From IMG/VR virus record IMGVR_UViG_3300033074_001668: a stretch of 64,000 nucleotides of DNA; one strand, given 5' to 3'. The stretch comes from an uncultured virus (IMG/VR IMGVR_UViG_3300033074_001668). Its lineage: Duplodnaviria; Heunggongvirae; Uroviricota; Caudoviricetes. Shown piece by piece: positions 9,312-19,857 of this stretch. A model generated the notes under the pieces. The model made no database searches. It worked only from the letters and a program-made list of their open reading frames with translations, and was not told the DNA's origin. The number at the start of each line of letters is the position of its first letter. Position 1 is the stretch's first letter. The position numbers were made by a program, and so were the translations under genes.

Positions 9312-10253
9312 TTAATATTTTCGATTAGGTTTATCATTCTCAATCCAACCATATTGTTTATAAAACTTATCTCTTTCATCTCTAAGAGTTCTTCTTAAAT
9401 TTTCAAGAGCTCTAATTTCAGTTAATATAATTGATTGATGGTAATCTGGTAAAAATGGCATGATATAATCATTATGTATTATACTAAAAATATTAGATAA
9501 TACAAACTCATAAACGAAATCAAGTAAAAAGAATTTTTTATTGTTATTCTTATCTAAGAAAATCAATAGAATTTTATTCATACTATCAATTGTTTTTATA
9601 TCAATTAAAGATAGACCCCATAATTCAATTTGCTCTGGATTTAACTCTTTAATAAATCTTGGATCTTTATCTAATTTAGATTGTCTTTCCATTTCCATTA
9701 ATTGTAAAAAAGTTTCATCCAACTCAGTAGAATTATTAATATCCTCGCCAGATACTTCTTTCATGATTGATTTACTTAATGCGTCATCAAATCTCCCAGT
9801 GGCTAATAAATCATAATGAGAAACTATATCATTGAATCCACTTTCAAAGTCATTTCTGGTCTTAGAAAGCTTCTCTAACATAACTTCTCTATCTGACTTT
9901 TTAACCCAAGAATTATCCATCATATTTGCGGTAACTCGATTAATTTGAATATATTGTTTAATGAAGATTAATATCTCTCCATTTGATCTTTTCGAAAAAA
10001 GATCATTAACATTATAATTCATAAAATTTAACATTTTCGGATAACTTCTAAATTTTTGAATTACTGCATTAATAATTGGTCCAAGTTTATATTGCCGATG
10101 CATAAACTTATTTGGTAGTTCGACATTTGGATTACCATCAAATAACCATTTCATTACATCACCAACAGTTACATCTTTCGAATTAAAAGATTTTTTTAGC
10201 TCAGAAGTAATTTTCTGAGCTTCCTTAGCGGTAAGATGTTTTTCTTTTGCCAT
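9312..10253 (-). CDS. hypothetical protein
   Basis: 313-aa ORF, no recognised motif. Confidence 0.7.
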   Translation of the reverse strand: MAKEKHLTAKEAQKITSELKKSFNSKDVTVGDVMKWLFDGNPNVELPNKFMHRQYKLGPIINAVIQKFRSYPKMLNFMNYNVNDLFSKRSNGEILIFIKQYIQINRVTANMMDNSWVKKSDREVMLEKLSKTRNDFESGFNDIVSHYDLLATGRFDDALSKSIMKEVSGEDINNSTELDETFLQLMEMERQSKLDKDPRFIKELNPEQIELWGLSLIDIKTIDSMNKILLIFLDKNNNKKFFLLDFVYEFVLSNIFSIIHNDYIMPFLPDYHQSIILTEIRALENLRRTLRDERDKFYKQYGWIENDKPNRKY

Positions 10254-10259
10254 CTGGTA

Positions 10260-11813
10260 CTACTTGTTTAATTTTGCAACAGAAGCTTCATATTCTTTTT
10301 GGAATTTGAGGTACTCTTCTTTAAACTCTAATAAATCTTTATACCACATTCCAGCAGCAGTTTCTAACTGAATATCAGTATACTCTTGATAAAGTTTATT
10401 ATAATTTTCATTTAATCTATTTAAAGCTTTTGGAGTAAAGTTTCTCGTTTTGAAATCAAAAAGATAATTATAATTTGGTCTTGACATTAATGCCTCAACT
10501 TCATCCCAAATAAATCTTTCGGTCATTGGAACAAACATATAATTTTCTGGATATGATGCTAATTGAGCAACAACCTCTTCTTCTTCTTTATTTCTAATTT
10601 CGATTCTTCCAGCATTAACTTCATTGATATAATTAATTGTTGCAATAATTTTTCTTATTTCCCACATTTGTTTAGCTTGTCTGAATCTTTTTCTTTCTTC
10701 ATAAACAGCTAATCTTTTCTTAATGAAATAATTTAAATATTGTGCAATATTTTCACATTGGATTTCGAATTTATCTTTCATTGTTCCAGGAATTGGATTT
10801 CCGTTTTCATCAAGTCCTTCTTCCGATGCAATATATACAAATCTTTCAACTTCCGTTTCCGATAGTTTTAATTTAGATATAATTGCTTCTTCTGATAACT
10901 TAAATAATTTTGGAGCAATGATTTCAGAGTAAAATGAATTACCTTTACAAGCTTCAGTATATGATTCAATAACTCCAGTTTCAACCAGTTTATCTAATTT
11001 TTGGATAAGTAAAGTTTTTGACCAAGAAGGTGGAACCTCTTCTATTACAATAATCTCTTTCTTACCTTTTGTATACTTAGAAACCCTACCAGACATTTCC
11101 CACTTATTTTTATCAACTAATTTAGTTGTCCCAGTAAAGAAAGGATATTTTGGTGGAATACTTCCTGGAATTGTTTTAGCTTGACCACTTAATATATTAA
11201 GAAGCAAATCAATAATAATTAAAGGATCTCTTGGTAATAGATTAGTACTAAAACCAACTGCTGCCTGAGATTGACCATTGATTATCCCCATCGGAATAAT
11301 TGGTAATAATGTTAATGGTTCCGCAGGTAAACCATCAATAGTTCTATATGCTTTCATTGCAACAATATCTTCCGTAGGGAATAATTTTTTAAGATACCCA
11401 AAAACTCTAGTTTCTGTATATCTATAAGCTGCAGCTTTTCTAACTGTTCTAGAACCAAATGAACCATCTGGTCTAAGTACAAGCATATTATTTTTATAAG
11501 GAGCAATTAAATTATTTAATGCCGTAGCTAATGAATCCTGACCATGATGATAATTAGAAACTAAGTTAACATCCGCCATAACTTGGATAAGTTTATTCTT
11601 CTTCGTATAATTTTTAGTCATTGCTGTCCATAAAATTTTACGTTGAGTTTCATTTAAACCATCAAGTCTTGGAATTCTTTGGTTAGCTCTATATTTTGCA
11701 AACTGTACAAACATCGTACCAAAATAATCTTTAACAGTAATCTCTCTTGTGTTTATAAAATCATAGTTTGGTGCAAATTCAGTATTTGCTCTTTGAACTA
11801 AAACTTCGCTCAT
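10260..11813 (-). CDS. type IIA DNA topoisomerase, GyrA/ParC-like (T4 gp52-like) subunit
   Basis: IPRLDGLNETQRKILW, YHHGQDSL, GSFGSR…AAAYRYTE with catalytic Tyr. Confidence 0.93.
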   Translation of the reverse strand: MSEVLVQRANTEFAPNYDFINTREITVKDYFGTMFVQFAKYRANQRIPRLDGLNETQRKILWTAMTKNYTKKNKLIQVMADVNLVSNYHHGQDSLATALNNLIAPYKNNMLVLRPDGSFGSRTVRKAAAYRYTETRVFGYLKKLFPTEDIVAMKAYRTIDGLPAEPLTLLPIIPMGIINGQSQAAVGFSTNLLPRDPLIIIDLLLNILSGQAKTIPGSIPPKYPFFTGTTKLVDKNKWEMSGRVSKYTKGKKEIIVIEEVPPSWSKTLLIQKLDKLVETGVIESYTEACKGNSFYSEIIAPKLFKLSEEAIISKLKLSETEVERFVYIASEEGLDENGNPIPGTMKDKFEIQCENIAQYLNYFIKKRLAVYEERKRFRQAKQMWEIRKIIATINYINEVNAGRIEIRNKEEEEVVAQLASYPENYMFVPMTERFIWDEVEALMSRPNYNYLFDFKTRNFTPKALNRLNENYNKLYQEYTDIQLETAAGMWYKDLLEFKEEYLKFQKEYEASVAKLNK

Positions 11814-11821
11814 TAATTCTC

Positions 11822-13630
11822 CTATTTTTTAATTTCATGTAACCAACTTGCTCTAGTTACATCAGTTCTAACTTCTACAATTGATGGTAAACTTAATGAT
11901 GGTACACCATTCTTATCATAAGATAAGGCATTGTATTTAACATTAACGATCAGATTATCAAATTTATCATTACTGTGTTCTGGGTCAAGAATTAATCCTT
12001 CAGAAGAATTATTTGGATTCTTTCTTATGAAACCTCTTTGTTTGTGAGTTAATCCTGCAACGGAAACTTTTAATCTTCCACATTCAGAAATACAAATAAG
12101 AGAACCTATTCCCCCAGTAAATTGACCTGAACCTGGTTCATGACCAATAACTCTTAATTCACAATCTTTAAAATCTTTAACTTTAATAATTCCTTCAGTA
12201 CTTACACCGTGTTCAATATTAGCATCAAAGTTCTTAACAACTAATCCCTCTAATCCTAATCCAAGAATTTTATAATACAATTCATAAATTGTTTCTAAAT
12301 TTTCATGAACTTCATTATGGATTACTACAAAATTTGTATCAAGGCCTTTTGATCTAATCCATTCATTATAATGATAAACAAAATGATTTAGATAATCAAA
12401 AGAAGTTTTACAATTCATTCCAGTATTTAGATTTAACCAAGCTGCAGTCGAGAACATATTCCAAACTTGGAATATTGTATTATCTTCTACATATCTCCAC
12501 TCAAGCAATTGAGCAATTGTTTTTTCTAATTTTTTAAGTATTTTTGGTTTACCTAAAGAACCAATACAATCATCGAATAGAGTTTTGAAATAATTAATTC
12601 TTTTACCATATGAATTTAAAAGACCATTAGAAATCTTTCTTTCATAAACCTCGATATCTAAAGCCGATCTACCATAAACTGCAGCTCCTGGTTTTTTAAC
12701 AAGTGCCTCTCCAGTCATTGTAGGTGGAATAGTTCCCCAGATTGTATCAAAGTATTTTGTTTCAATATTAAATTGAATTAACTTATCAAAAATTGGTAAT
12801 TGAGATCGCATACCAGATCTATTTAAAGTTAAACCTAAATTTCTCATATGATCAAATAAAACATTTTGGAATTTACCATCAGCTTTTAATTGAACCATAC
12901 AAGGAAAATTTAATCTTGAAATCTTATCTTCTTTTTCACATCTTTGATATGGAACCAATAATATTCTTTTATGATTAGATTTAATCAAAGGAGTAAGAAT
13001 ATTAAAGAAAGTTTTTTCATTCATTTTAATATCTAATTTTCTAGATACAATATGGAATATTAATGTTCTTGCATCAGGGCTAGCATTTTCCCATAAATGA
13101 ATAATTTTTGCAATCTTATCGGTTGGTTTAGATTCTTCATCCAAACCAATTTCTTCTAACAAGGTTAGAATTTTTTCAAGATTATAATGGTTTAAACTTT
13201 CTGCTTGATACTTATCAAATATTTTAATTGTAGCATTAAATGTAAATACACTACTAAAAGTTAAATGAATAAATTTCAGAAACAATTCCTGCATATATAA
13301 ACTTGAGTTATTAAACCAAGTTACTAGAATAGATTCTTTAGCCAAATTAGCAGATGTATTTTTTAAATCATTGATTAGAATACATATATCATATTCGTGA
13401 TTCCATCTTCCATCTGGTTCAGCTAAAATACCTGGTTTGGGAAGAAATTCATCCCAAAGGATATCTAAATTATTAGAAGCATGTAAATACTCCCCAATTC
13501 TTTTTCTCCATTCCTCACCAACATTATAACCAGATACAACCATACTATTTAAACATTCCATTAATTCTGTAGGAGTTTTTGCCTTAGCACAAGCATCAGA
13601 AACAATAAAATGGAAATCATCTTTTGTCAT
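11822..13630 (-). CDS. ATP-dependent DNA ligase
   Basis: Motif I QLKADG, motif IV EGLVVKN, motif V IIKVKDFKDCELRVIG, C-terminal OB-fold LSLPSIVEVRTD. Confidence 0.9.
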   Translation of the reverse strand: MTKDDFHFIVSDACAKAKTPTELMECLNSMVVSGYNVGEEWRKRIGEYLHASNNLDILWDEFLPKPGILAEPDGRWNHEYDICILINDLKNTSANLAKESILVTWFNNSSLYMQELFLKFIHLTFSSVFTFNATIKIFDKYQAESLNHYNLEKILTLLEEIGLDEESKPTDKIAKIIHLWENASPDARTLIFHIVSRKLDIKMNEKTFFNILTPLIKSNHKRILLVPYQRCEKEDKISRLNFPCMVQLKADGKFQNVLFDHMRNLGLTLNRSGMRSQLPIFDKLIQFNIETKYFDTIWGTIPPTMTGEALVKKPGAAVYGRSALDIEVYERKISNGLLNSYGKRINYFKTLFDDCIGSLGKPKILKKLEKTIAQLLEWRYVEDNTIFQVWNMFSTAAWLNLNTGMNCKTSFDYLNHFVYHYNEWIRSKGLDTNFVVIHNEVHENLETIYELYYKILGLGLEGLVVKNFDANIEHGVSTEGIIKVKDFKDCELRVIGHEPGSGQFTGGIGSLICISECGRLKVSVAGLTHKQRGFIRKNPNNSSEGLILDPEHSNDKFDNLIVNVKYNALSYDKNGVPSLSLPSIVEVRTDVTRASWLHEIKK

Positions 13631-13639
13631 AAATTCTCC

Positions 13640-15685
13640 CTAAATTTCAGTTAGTGTTGGTTCCTCAATAAGTGAACCATCCTCATTAAACAATTGCATC
13701 TCAATAGATTTAATACTAGTATTCTCTTGAATTGCTTCAAGATATTTAGCAATAAATTCTTTTCTGATATCAGAGTCTTCATCTAACCAAGCTTCTATCA
13801 TAGAAATATCTTCAATATAACCCTCATTATCTTCATTTGGATCTCTCATTTTTACAGTAACTAATAAATCTTCAAATTTATACATACTGAAAAATTCCAT
13901 CCATTCAAACTCAGAAATCGATCCAAGCCCTTTTTTATATTGAACATCATATTTTTTGAAGTTATTAATATCTTCAAGTAACCAGTTATCATACTCATAT
14001 TGAGTAAAGAATACTTTTTCAGTTGACTCAGTTCTTTTATTTTTAAGCATTACAATTGGAGTTTGTAATAATTTTATTCTTCCCTCAATTAAAGCTGGTT
14101 GATGTAAGAAGTTAAATGCACCAATATATAATCCACCAATATGTACTCCATCTGGATCGGCATCCATAGCCATTACGAAATACTCATAATTCATTTTTAC
14201 ATTATCTTTTGTAAAAGATAAATCTAATAAATTTGGAGAACATAATTCTTTGAATCCATCATCAGATGTAATTGCTTTTGGTTTCTTAATAACGTTTGTT
14301 GGTTTACCACCAACTGCATAATAACCTTTATCATTTCTATCACAAGCAGTAATAAATGAGTTAATAGCTGAATCCCCTTCCGATGCCACAAAGTATTTTT
14401 TAACTTTAGTAGCTGGAGTAAATTTATCAGGAACTTTTGCAGATTTTCTTGCTTTCTCATCACCAATAGCTTTTTTCTTTTCTAAAGCTTTCATTTCAAT
14501 TTCATGATAAATAATAATGTTTTGAGAGATACTTTTATTTTTATATAATTTTTCCCCAAAAGCTTTCCAGTTTAAACTTTTATTATCAATCGTTTTAGAA
14601 AATTGAGCAAATGGTGTAATACATTTATTCTTAGTTTGTCCCTCAAATCTTGGTTTAATCATTCCATCGAATAATGCAATGATTTGCAACTTAGATTGAA
14701 TATTCCCAGCCTTAATTTCACTATATTTTTTAGGTAAAGCTTCCATAAAACCAGATACCACTTTATCAGTTACCCATTCTATAGGATTACCACCACCATC
14801 AGCATCAGAACCATTAATAAATTGTTTAAATTTATAATTATTCGAAGGTAAAACGATAATTGTTAATCCATCAACTTTAATCATTTCGTATTCAGCATGT
14901 TTACCATGAGTAATACCAGTAACAAGTTGTTCCATAGAATACTTAATTTGTACTCCTTGAAAATAGAACTTGATATGTGGATATTGAATACTTAAGATTG
15001 CAAAATAATACATAACAACTAATTGATGATCTCTACTAAAATGAGTTTCCCCGAATCTAGCATAATCTGGTAAGAATTGAACTGTAGTTCCAGTTGGTTT
15101 ACCAGGAGAAACTTGCTCAGAGATTTGAATATCTTCCATATTATCTTTACAAATTACACTTACCAAAGTATCTTTATATTGAGTATAACCTCTGAACTCT
15201 TTAGAGAAAATATTTGTTAAACAAACCCCTTCTCCATTTTGTCCTCTTGCTTCAGAATCTTCTTCAGTGAATCCATCGAAGTTAGTTCCTGCACCAAGTT
15301 TAGTCCAAGCTGCTTGATACATTTTCATATCAGAAGGACTTCCATCTTCATTTACAGCTGGTACAGTTGGAATACCATTACCATTATCCGAAATCGTAAT
15401 CCATTGACATTGCTCATCTATATTAAACGAAACGATATCACCAAGATTTGGTCTTCTTCCAGCCTTGTCATGTCTTTTACATTCATCTAATGCATTGTCA
15501 AAAACCTCTTCAACTATTTTAAATAATCCTGGATTAAAATTTAATAATTGTTCAGTTACTGATTTAAAATCTGGTGTAACAACCATTTTTTCAATTTGTT
15601 TCGTTTCCGTTGAACCAATGAATCGTCCAGGTGTTTTTAATACCTTAGATCGTTCAGTTAATATTACTACACTATTGTTGGTCAT
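13640..15685 (-). CDS. type IIA DNA topoisomerase, GyrB/ParE-like subunit (ATPase + TOPRIM)
   Basis: EEVFDNALDE, DNGNGIP, GQNGEG, SEGDSA, MDADPDGVHI, YKKGLGS. Confidence 0.93.
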   Translation of the reverse strand: MTNNSVVILTERSKVLKTPGRFIGSTETKQIEKMVVTPDFKSVTEQLLNFNPGLFKIVEEVFDNALDECKRHDKAGRRPNLGDIVSFNIDEQCQWITISDNGNGIPTVPAVNEDGSPSDMKMYQAAWTKLGAGTNFDGFTEEDSEARGQNGEGVCLTNIFSKEFRGYTQYKDTLVSVICKDNMEDIQISEQVSPGKPTGTTVQFLPDYARFGETHFSRDHQLVVMYYFAILSIQYPHIKFYFQGVQIKYSMEQLVTGITHGKHAEYEMIKVDGLTIIVLPSNNYKFKQFINGSDADGGGNPIEWVTDKVVSGFMEALPKKYSEIKAGNIQSKLQIIALFDGMIKPRFEGQTKNKCITPFAQFSKTIDNKSLNWKAFGEKLYKNKSISQNIIIYHEIEMKALEKKKAIGDEKARKSAKVPDKFTPATKVKKYFVASEGDSAINSFITACDRNDKGYYAVGGKPTNVIKKPKAITSDDGFKELCSPNLLDLSFTKDNVKMNYEYFVMAMDADPDGVHIGGLYIGAFNFLHQPALIEGRIKLLQTPIVMLKNKRTESTEKVFFTQYEYDNWLLEDINNFKKYDVQYKKGLGSISEFEWMEFFSMYKFEDLLVTVKMRDPNEDNEGYIEDISMIEAWLDEDSDIRKEFIAKYLEAIQENTSIKSIEMQLFNEDGSLIEEPTLTEI

Positions 15686-17884
15686 TTATTTAATTCCTTC
15701 TATATTATCAAAGTAATCTTTTTCTTCATCTTTTACTATGTTTTCCAAATTTAAATCATTTAATTCAAAATCATTAAAAATTGTTTCAAAATTCTTTTCA
15801 AAATCAGATTGTTTTAAAACTAATTTTGATTCAGTTTGAATTGCTGCTACTCTTTCCATTTCTGTTGCTCTAGAAGTTTCAACCGCTTCACCAACATATA
15901 CGAATTTCATACCAAACATTGCTGCCAAGTTATGATTTAACATTTCATTAGTTTTAGAATCATATCCAGATTCTTTTAATGAATATTTACCAGTATATAT
16001 TTTATCTAAAACAAATTGGTCTTTATTATCAATACAATCAGATTTTACAGTTGTTAATTCTTTTGATACAGATGGATGATCACAATGACCCAAATCTGCC
16101 GCAATACTCATCCAAGAAATATGTTGTCCACCTTGTTTCTTTCTACCTTTAGCTGGTTGCCCATTTGCCCTATTATAAGTTCGAGCAATAGAAACAGCAT
16201 TATATTTAGAATTCGAAGTATGGAATAATTTTAAATAATAAGCATCACCAAAATAAGCTACAGTTTCAGTATCCATAGTTTCTTCTAAACCATTAAGATT
16301 ATAGTTTCTTGTATTGATAACCCAATCTTGTAGTTCTTTAGTAAATACATAATTTTCTTTTTCAACAATAATTCCAAATTGATCAGCATATGGTTTAACA
16401 AACTCATTGAAAAATTGTTCATATGGGAACTCTGGAAAATTATCAGCATTAATGTAGAATTTATTTTTAATTACATCTAAAACAAATGCTTCATATAAAT
16501 TATCAAAATTTGCTAAGAAATCAGATACTTTGTTATAGTAATCCTCGTCTGTTCTTTTGATAAAATATTCATTTACGAACCAAATCTTTTTAAATGTTAA
16601 ATCTTTATTATCTAACGACGTTTGTATATCTTCTATGATTTTAGATAACCCTAGTTCAAAAATAGAACCCCAGTTATTTCTTCCATAGATACCTAAAGGA
16701 TTAAATATTAAATCTACTCCATTTGGCATTAAATGATCTGGTATAATCATAGAGATCGTACCTTTACCAGCAAAACAGTTTGCAAATTTATCACCCAATA
16801 CAGTTGGAACAGTTTGACATATATCAATTTCTAAAAGATAATCAATATCTTTATCCATAATTCCAAATTTTTCAGCTACCTCAGATAATAATTTAGATGG
16901 TAACTTAGAAGTTGAAAAATAACTTAAGAATATTTGATTAACTAAACTAGGAATATCAACATCTGGCCCTGAGAATTTTTTATATTCATCTATCATTGCT
17001 ATAAATTCTAAATACTTAGAATCATATAATTCTGAAATTTCTTGAATTAATTTTGGAGTATAAATATACTCTTTTGCTAATTTTTGAAAAGGGTCTCTAT
17101 TGATTCTATGAAGTTTAACTTCCTTAATTTCTGCACCCTCTAAACCATCTATATATTTCATATAATACCTAGAATTTTCTTCGGTTGCATTAGCTAATTG
17201 CGAATCTAGATTTAAACTAGTATCAATTTTTAAATATCTTAAGAACTTCTCGCCTTGACATTCTCCAACTTTATAGAAAAATTTACCTTTTTCATTTTCG
17301 ATAAATTTTAATTTTTTAGTTACTGGAATATAAATTTTATCGTAATAATCCACTTGAGCTCTTTTTGAAAAAGACTCCGAAATTACCATTGCATCTTCCG
17401 CAGTATATCCCAAAAAAGAACCAAACATAACTTTAGTTCTATAACCAATTTTTGGTAAACCACATTCAGTTTGACCAGTATAGTCAAATAATAAATCTCC
17501 AGCTTTAAATGGTCCAGGTTCTCTAACATACCTTAAATGTAATGCATGAGCTTGGATTTTTTTAACTGGTGGGATATATTCAAAAGCCATTCTATCTTCG
17601 CCATCTTCGTGTAATAAGATATATAAAACATTAAACTTATTACATAATAATATTCCATCTTTTTCCGCTTTCATTGTATAAGGAGATTTGATTTCAGTAA
17701 AATCTCTATACGCTTTATTTAGAATATACGGAATATCATTCATTCGTGATGTCACTGATTGTAATATTTGTTTAGATGACATATTGGTTCTCGATGGATC
17801 AACATGTGCACCAAATGGTTCAAATATTTGTATTTGTGGGGAGAAAATATTTTTAACATTCTCCCTATTAAATTGTTCCTTCAT
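15686..17884 (-). CDS. multisubunit RNA polymerase beta subunit, C-terminal half
   Basis: SRTNMSSKQILQS, GYTAEDAMVISESF, GDKFANCFAGKGTIS, DLIFNPLGIYGRNNWG, YYLKLFH, QPAKGRKKQGGQ. Confidence 0.9.
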   Translation of the reverse strand: MKEQFNRENVKNIFSPQIQIFEPFGAHVDPSRTNMSSKQILQSVTSRMNDIPYILNKAYRDFTEIKSPYTMKAEKDGILLCNKFNVLYILLHEDGEDRMAFEYIPPVKKIQAHALHLRYVREPGPFKAGDLLFDYTGQTECGLPKIGYRTKVMFGSFLGYTAEDAMVISESFSKRAQVDYYDKIYIPVTKKLKFIENEKGKFFYKVGECQGEKFLRYLKIDTSLNLDSQLANATEENSRYYMKYIDGLEGAEIKEVKLHRINRDPFQKLAKEYIYTPKLIQEISELYDSKYLEFIAMIDEYKKFSGPDVDIPSLVNQIFLSYFSTSKLPSKLLSEVAEKFGIMDKDIDYLLEIDICQTVPTVLGDKFANCFAGKGTISMIIPDHLMPNGVDLIFNPLGIYGRNNWGSIFELGLSKIIEDIQTSLDNKDLTFKKIWFVNEYFIKRTDEDYYNKVSDFLANFDNLYEAFVLDVIKNKFYINADNFPEFPYEQFFNEFVKPYADQFGIIVEKENYVFTKELQDWVINTRNYNLNGLEETMDTETVAYFGDAYYLKLFHTSNSKYNAVSIARTYNRANGQPAKGRKKQGGQHISWMSIAADLGHCDHPSVSKELTTVKSDCIDNKDQFVLDKIYTGKYSLKESGYDSKTNEMLNHNLAAMFGMKFVYVGEAVETSRATEMERVAAIQTESKLVLKQSDFEKNFETIFNDFELNDLNLENIVKDEEKDYFDNIEGIK

Positions 17885-17930
17885 TCGTGCCCTTTAAAAA
17901 ATATCAATTTAGCTAAATACTTAATGAGTG

Positions 17931-17960
17931 AAATAGTACCCCTATTACGGGGTACTATTT
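17931..17960 (-). terminator. intrinsic terminator-like hairpin
   Basis: AAATAGTACCCC-6 nt-GGGGTACTATTT perfect stem just past the 17965 stop. Confidence 0.7.
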
Positions 17961-17964
17961 ATTT

Positions 17965-19395
17965 TTAATGTTGAGCAGGCATTCCTGGCATTCCTGGCAT
18001 TCCACCTGGATAAGGTTGAGCTGGCATTCCTGGAGCTTGATATTGTGGCTGAGCAGGCATTGCTGGAGCTTGATACTGAGGTTGAGCAGGCATCCCTTGA
18101 TGTGGATTATATTGTCCACCCATTGGAGCTTGATACTGAGGTTGTGCTGGCATTCCACCTGGATAAGGTTGACCTTGAGCTGGCATACCTGGATATTGTT
18201 GTTGCATCATTCCACCATTCATCATTCCACCATTTAACATATCCATTGGAGATGGAGGTACTGGAGGAACATATGTTTCAGCATGTTGTCTTAAATTTGG
18301 ATCATTTACGAATGTAAAATTATCCATCATTAATTGGAACCCTGCTTCTTTACCTTTATCATTCCATTCCCACGAACCTTCAAATGCAATGATTTGCCCT
18401 GCAGCTTTTTCAATATTTGTATATTGAGGTCTAACTTGAGGATTTTCTATAATATCAATTTGTTTTGCAGCAGAACCACTAAAACAAACAAAGTTTGCAG
18501 CTTTACCATTTCTATCAGCCATATTTGGATTCAATAAACCAGTTGTAATTGTAGTATTCTTTTTAGTTAATCTATTTTTTACGAATACTAAAATTGCTTG
18601 ACCTTGAAACTTTTGTTTTTCTGGATGACCAGTTGGAGTTGGACCAAACATTCCACCTGGAATATAAGAACCTGCACCATAACCTGGAGCAGTACTTCCT
18701 GGTACTGGTTGTTGATATTGTGGTTGAGCATATTGCTGTTGACCCGGCATTGGCTGTTGATATTGAGGTTGAGCATATTGTTGCGCAGGAGCCTGATATT
18801 GCTGAGCTGGAGCCTGATATTGTTGTTGCACTGGAGCTTGTTGAGCTGGAGCCTGATATTGTGGCTGAGCATATTGCTGCGCAGGATCTTGATATTGTTG
18901 CACTGGAGCTTGTTGTTGAGGCATTCCATATTGTGGAGCTCCACCCGGCATAGTTCCAGCTACTTGAGCTTGATAATTTTGAGGCAATTCTGCAACTGGA
19001 TTATTATCTGGAATACTTGGTAATTCTTGAGCTGGCATTTGACCAGGCATATTAACCGTTGGATTAACGTTACCAAGTTGTGGCATTTGTTGAGCTTCTG
19101 GAGCTGGTTGTGCCATTTGAGCTGGTTGTTGTGCCACTGGTGCTTGCTGAGCTATTGGAGCCGGTTGTTGAGCAATTGGTGCTTGCTGTTGTACCACTGG
19201 AGCTTGTTGTGCTACTGGAGCTTCAGATTGGATACCCATTTGTGCATTGTAAGCAGCCATTTTAGCATGATATTCAGCCATCTGTCTATTATATTCCGCG
19301 TTTGGATCTAATGGAGCCTGCGCTCCTCCAGTAAGTTCAACACCAGCTGGAGATTGTGGTGCCCCGTAAGTTGGTTCTTGTGCAATAGTTGACAT
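17965..19395 (-). CDS. Q/P/Y-rich protein with central SSB-like OB fold
   Basis: Core ANFVCFSGSAAKQI…GQIIAFEGSWEWND…FQLMMDNFTFV follows the SSB OB-fold pattern; long QYQAP and MPG repeats flank it. Confidence 0.55.
   Translation of the reverse strand: MSTIAQEPTYGAPQSPAGVELTGGAQAPLDPNAEYNRQMAEYHAKMAAYNAQMGIQSEAPVAQQAPVVQQQAPIAQQPAPIAQQAPVAQQPAQMAQPAPEAQQMPQLGNVNPTVNMPGQMPAQELPSIPDNNPVAELPQNYQAQVAGTMPGGAPQYGMPQQQAPVQQYQDPAQQYAQPQYQAPAQQAPVQQQYQAPAQQYQAPAQQYAQPQYQQPMPGQQQYAQPQYQQPVPGSTAPGYGAGSYIPGGMFGPTPTGHPEKQKFQGQAILVFVKNRLTKKNTTITTGLLNPNMADRNGKAANFVCFSGSAAKQIDIIENPQVRPQYTNIEKAAGQIIAFEGSWEWNDKGKEAGFQLMMDNFTFVNDPNLRQHAETYVPPVPPSPMDMLNGGMMNGGMMQQQYPGMPAQGQPYPGGMPAQPQYQAPMGGQYNPHQGMPAQPQYQAPAMPAQPQYQAPGMPAQPYPGGMPGMPGMPAQH
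18700..18925 (-). repeat. coding tandem repeats (QQYQAPA/QQYAQP units)
   Basis: Imperfect GGAGCCTGATATTG-containing repeats inside ORF 17965..19395. Confidence 0.8.
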
Positions 19396-19425
19396 TTTTT
19401 TCCTTTAATAATTATAATGTTATAT

Positions 19426-19468
19426 ATTTCTATGATAAAACAATAAAATATCTATATAGATATTTTAT
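19426..19468 (-). promoter_or_regulatory. motif copy (TATCATAGAAAT) plus a perfect 26-bp palindrome
   Basis: Motif at 19426-19437; ATAAAATATCTAT/ATAGATATTTTAT at 19443-19468. Confidence 0.55.
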
Positions 19469-19857
19469 CTATTATTTAATTCGGCTGCTAAGATTGTTAT
19501 ATCTTTAGAATTCAGCATACAAAAAGATTTAAACCAAACTGATCGAGGAATATAAAAATCCCACCAATCAGAAAACATTGATACTCTTTCATCTTCAGTT
19601 AATTTTACAAAGTCTACACTATGAATTAAATAAACTTCATTATGTCGAATATCAAAACATAGAATAAAATTTACTTGTTTTGCAACTGGATCCCTTTCGA
19701 GATCTTTTGTATGCAAATGTTTAATTTTATCTACTAATGATTTACTTGTTAAATCAGTTCGTTTTAACCACGAACTGGTAAAATAATGAGAACCGAAAAT
19801 AGATGTACTAAAGTTCTCAATCTTTATTGCATTTTCTTTAAATTGGTTGGGTATCAT
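19465..19857 (-). CDS. hypothetical protein
   Basis: 130-aa ORF coupled to the RNAP beta N-half gene. Confidence 0.6.
   Translation of the reverse strand: MIPNQFKENAIKIENFSTSIFGSHYFTSSWLKRTDLTSKSLVDKIKHLHTKDLERDPVAKQVNFILCFDIRHNEVYLIHSVDFVKLTEDERVSMFSDWWDFYIPRSVWFKSFCMLNSKDITILAAELNNR

Noticed and set aside
17955..19311. Many overlapping alternative-frame ORFs (also at 359-1285, 22904-23478, 32371-32802)
   Set aside because: Shadows of repetitive Q/P/A codons in the real minus-strand genes; no RBS and implausible composition
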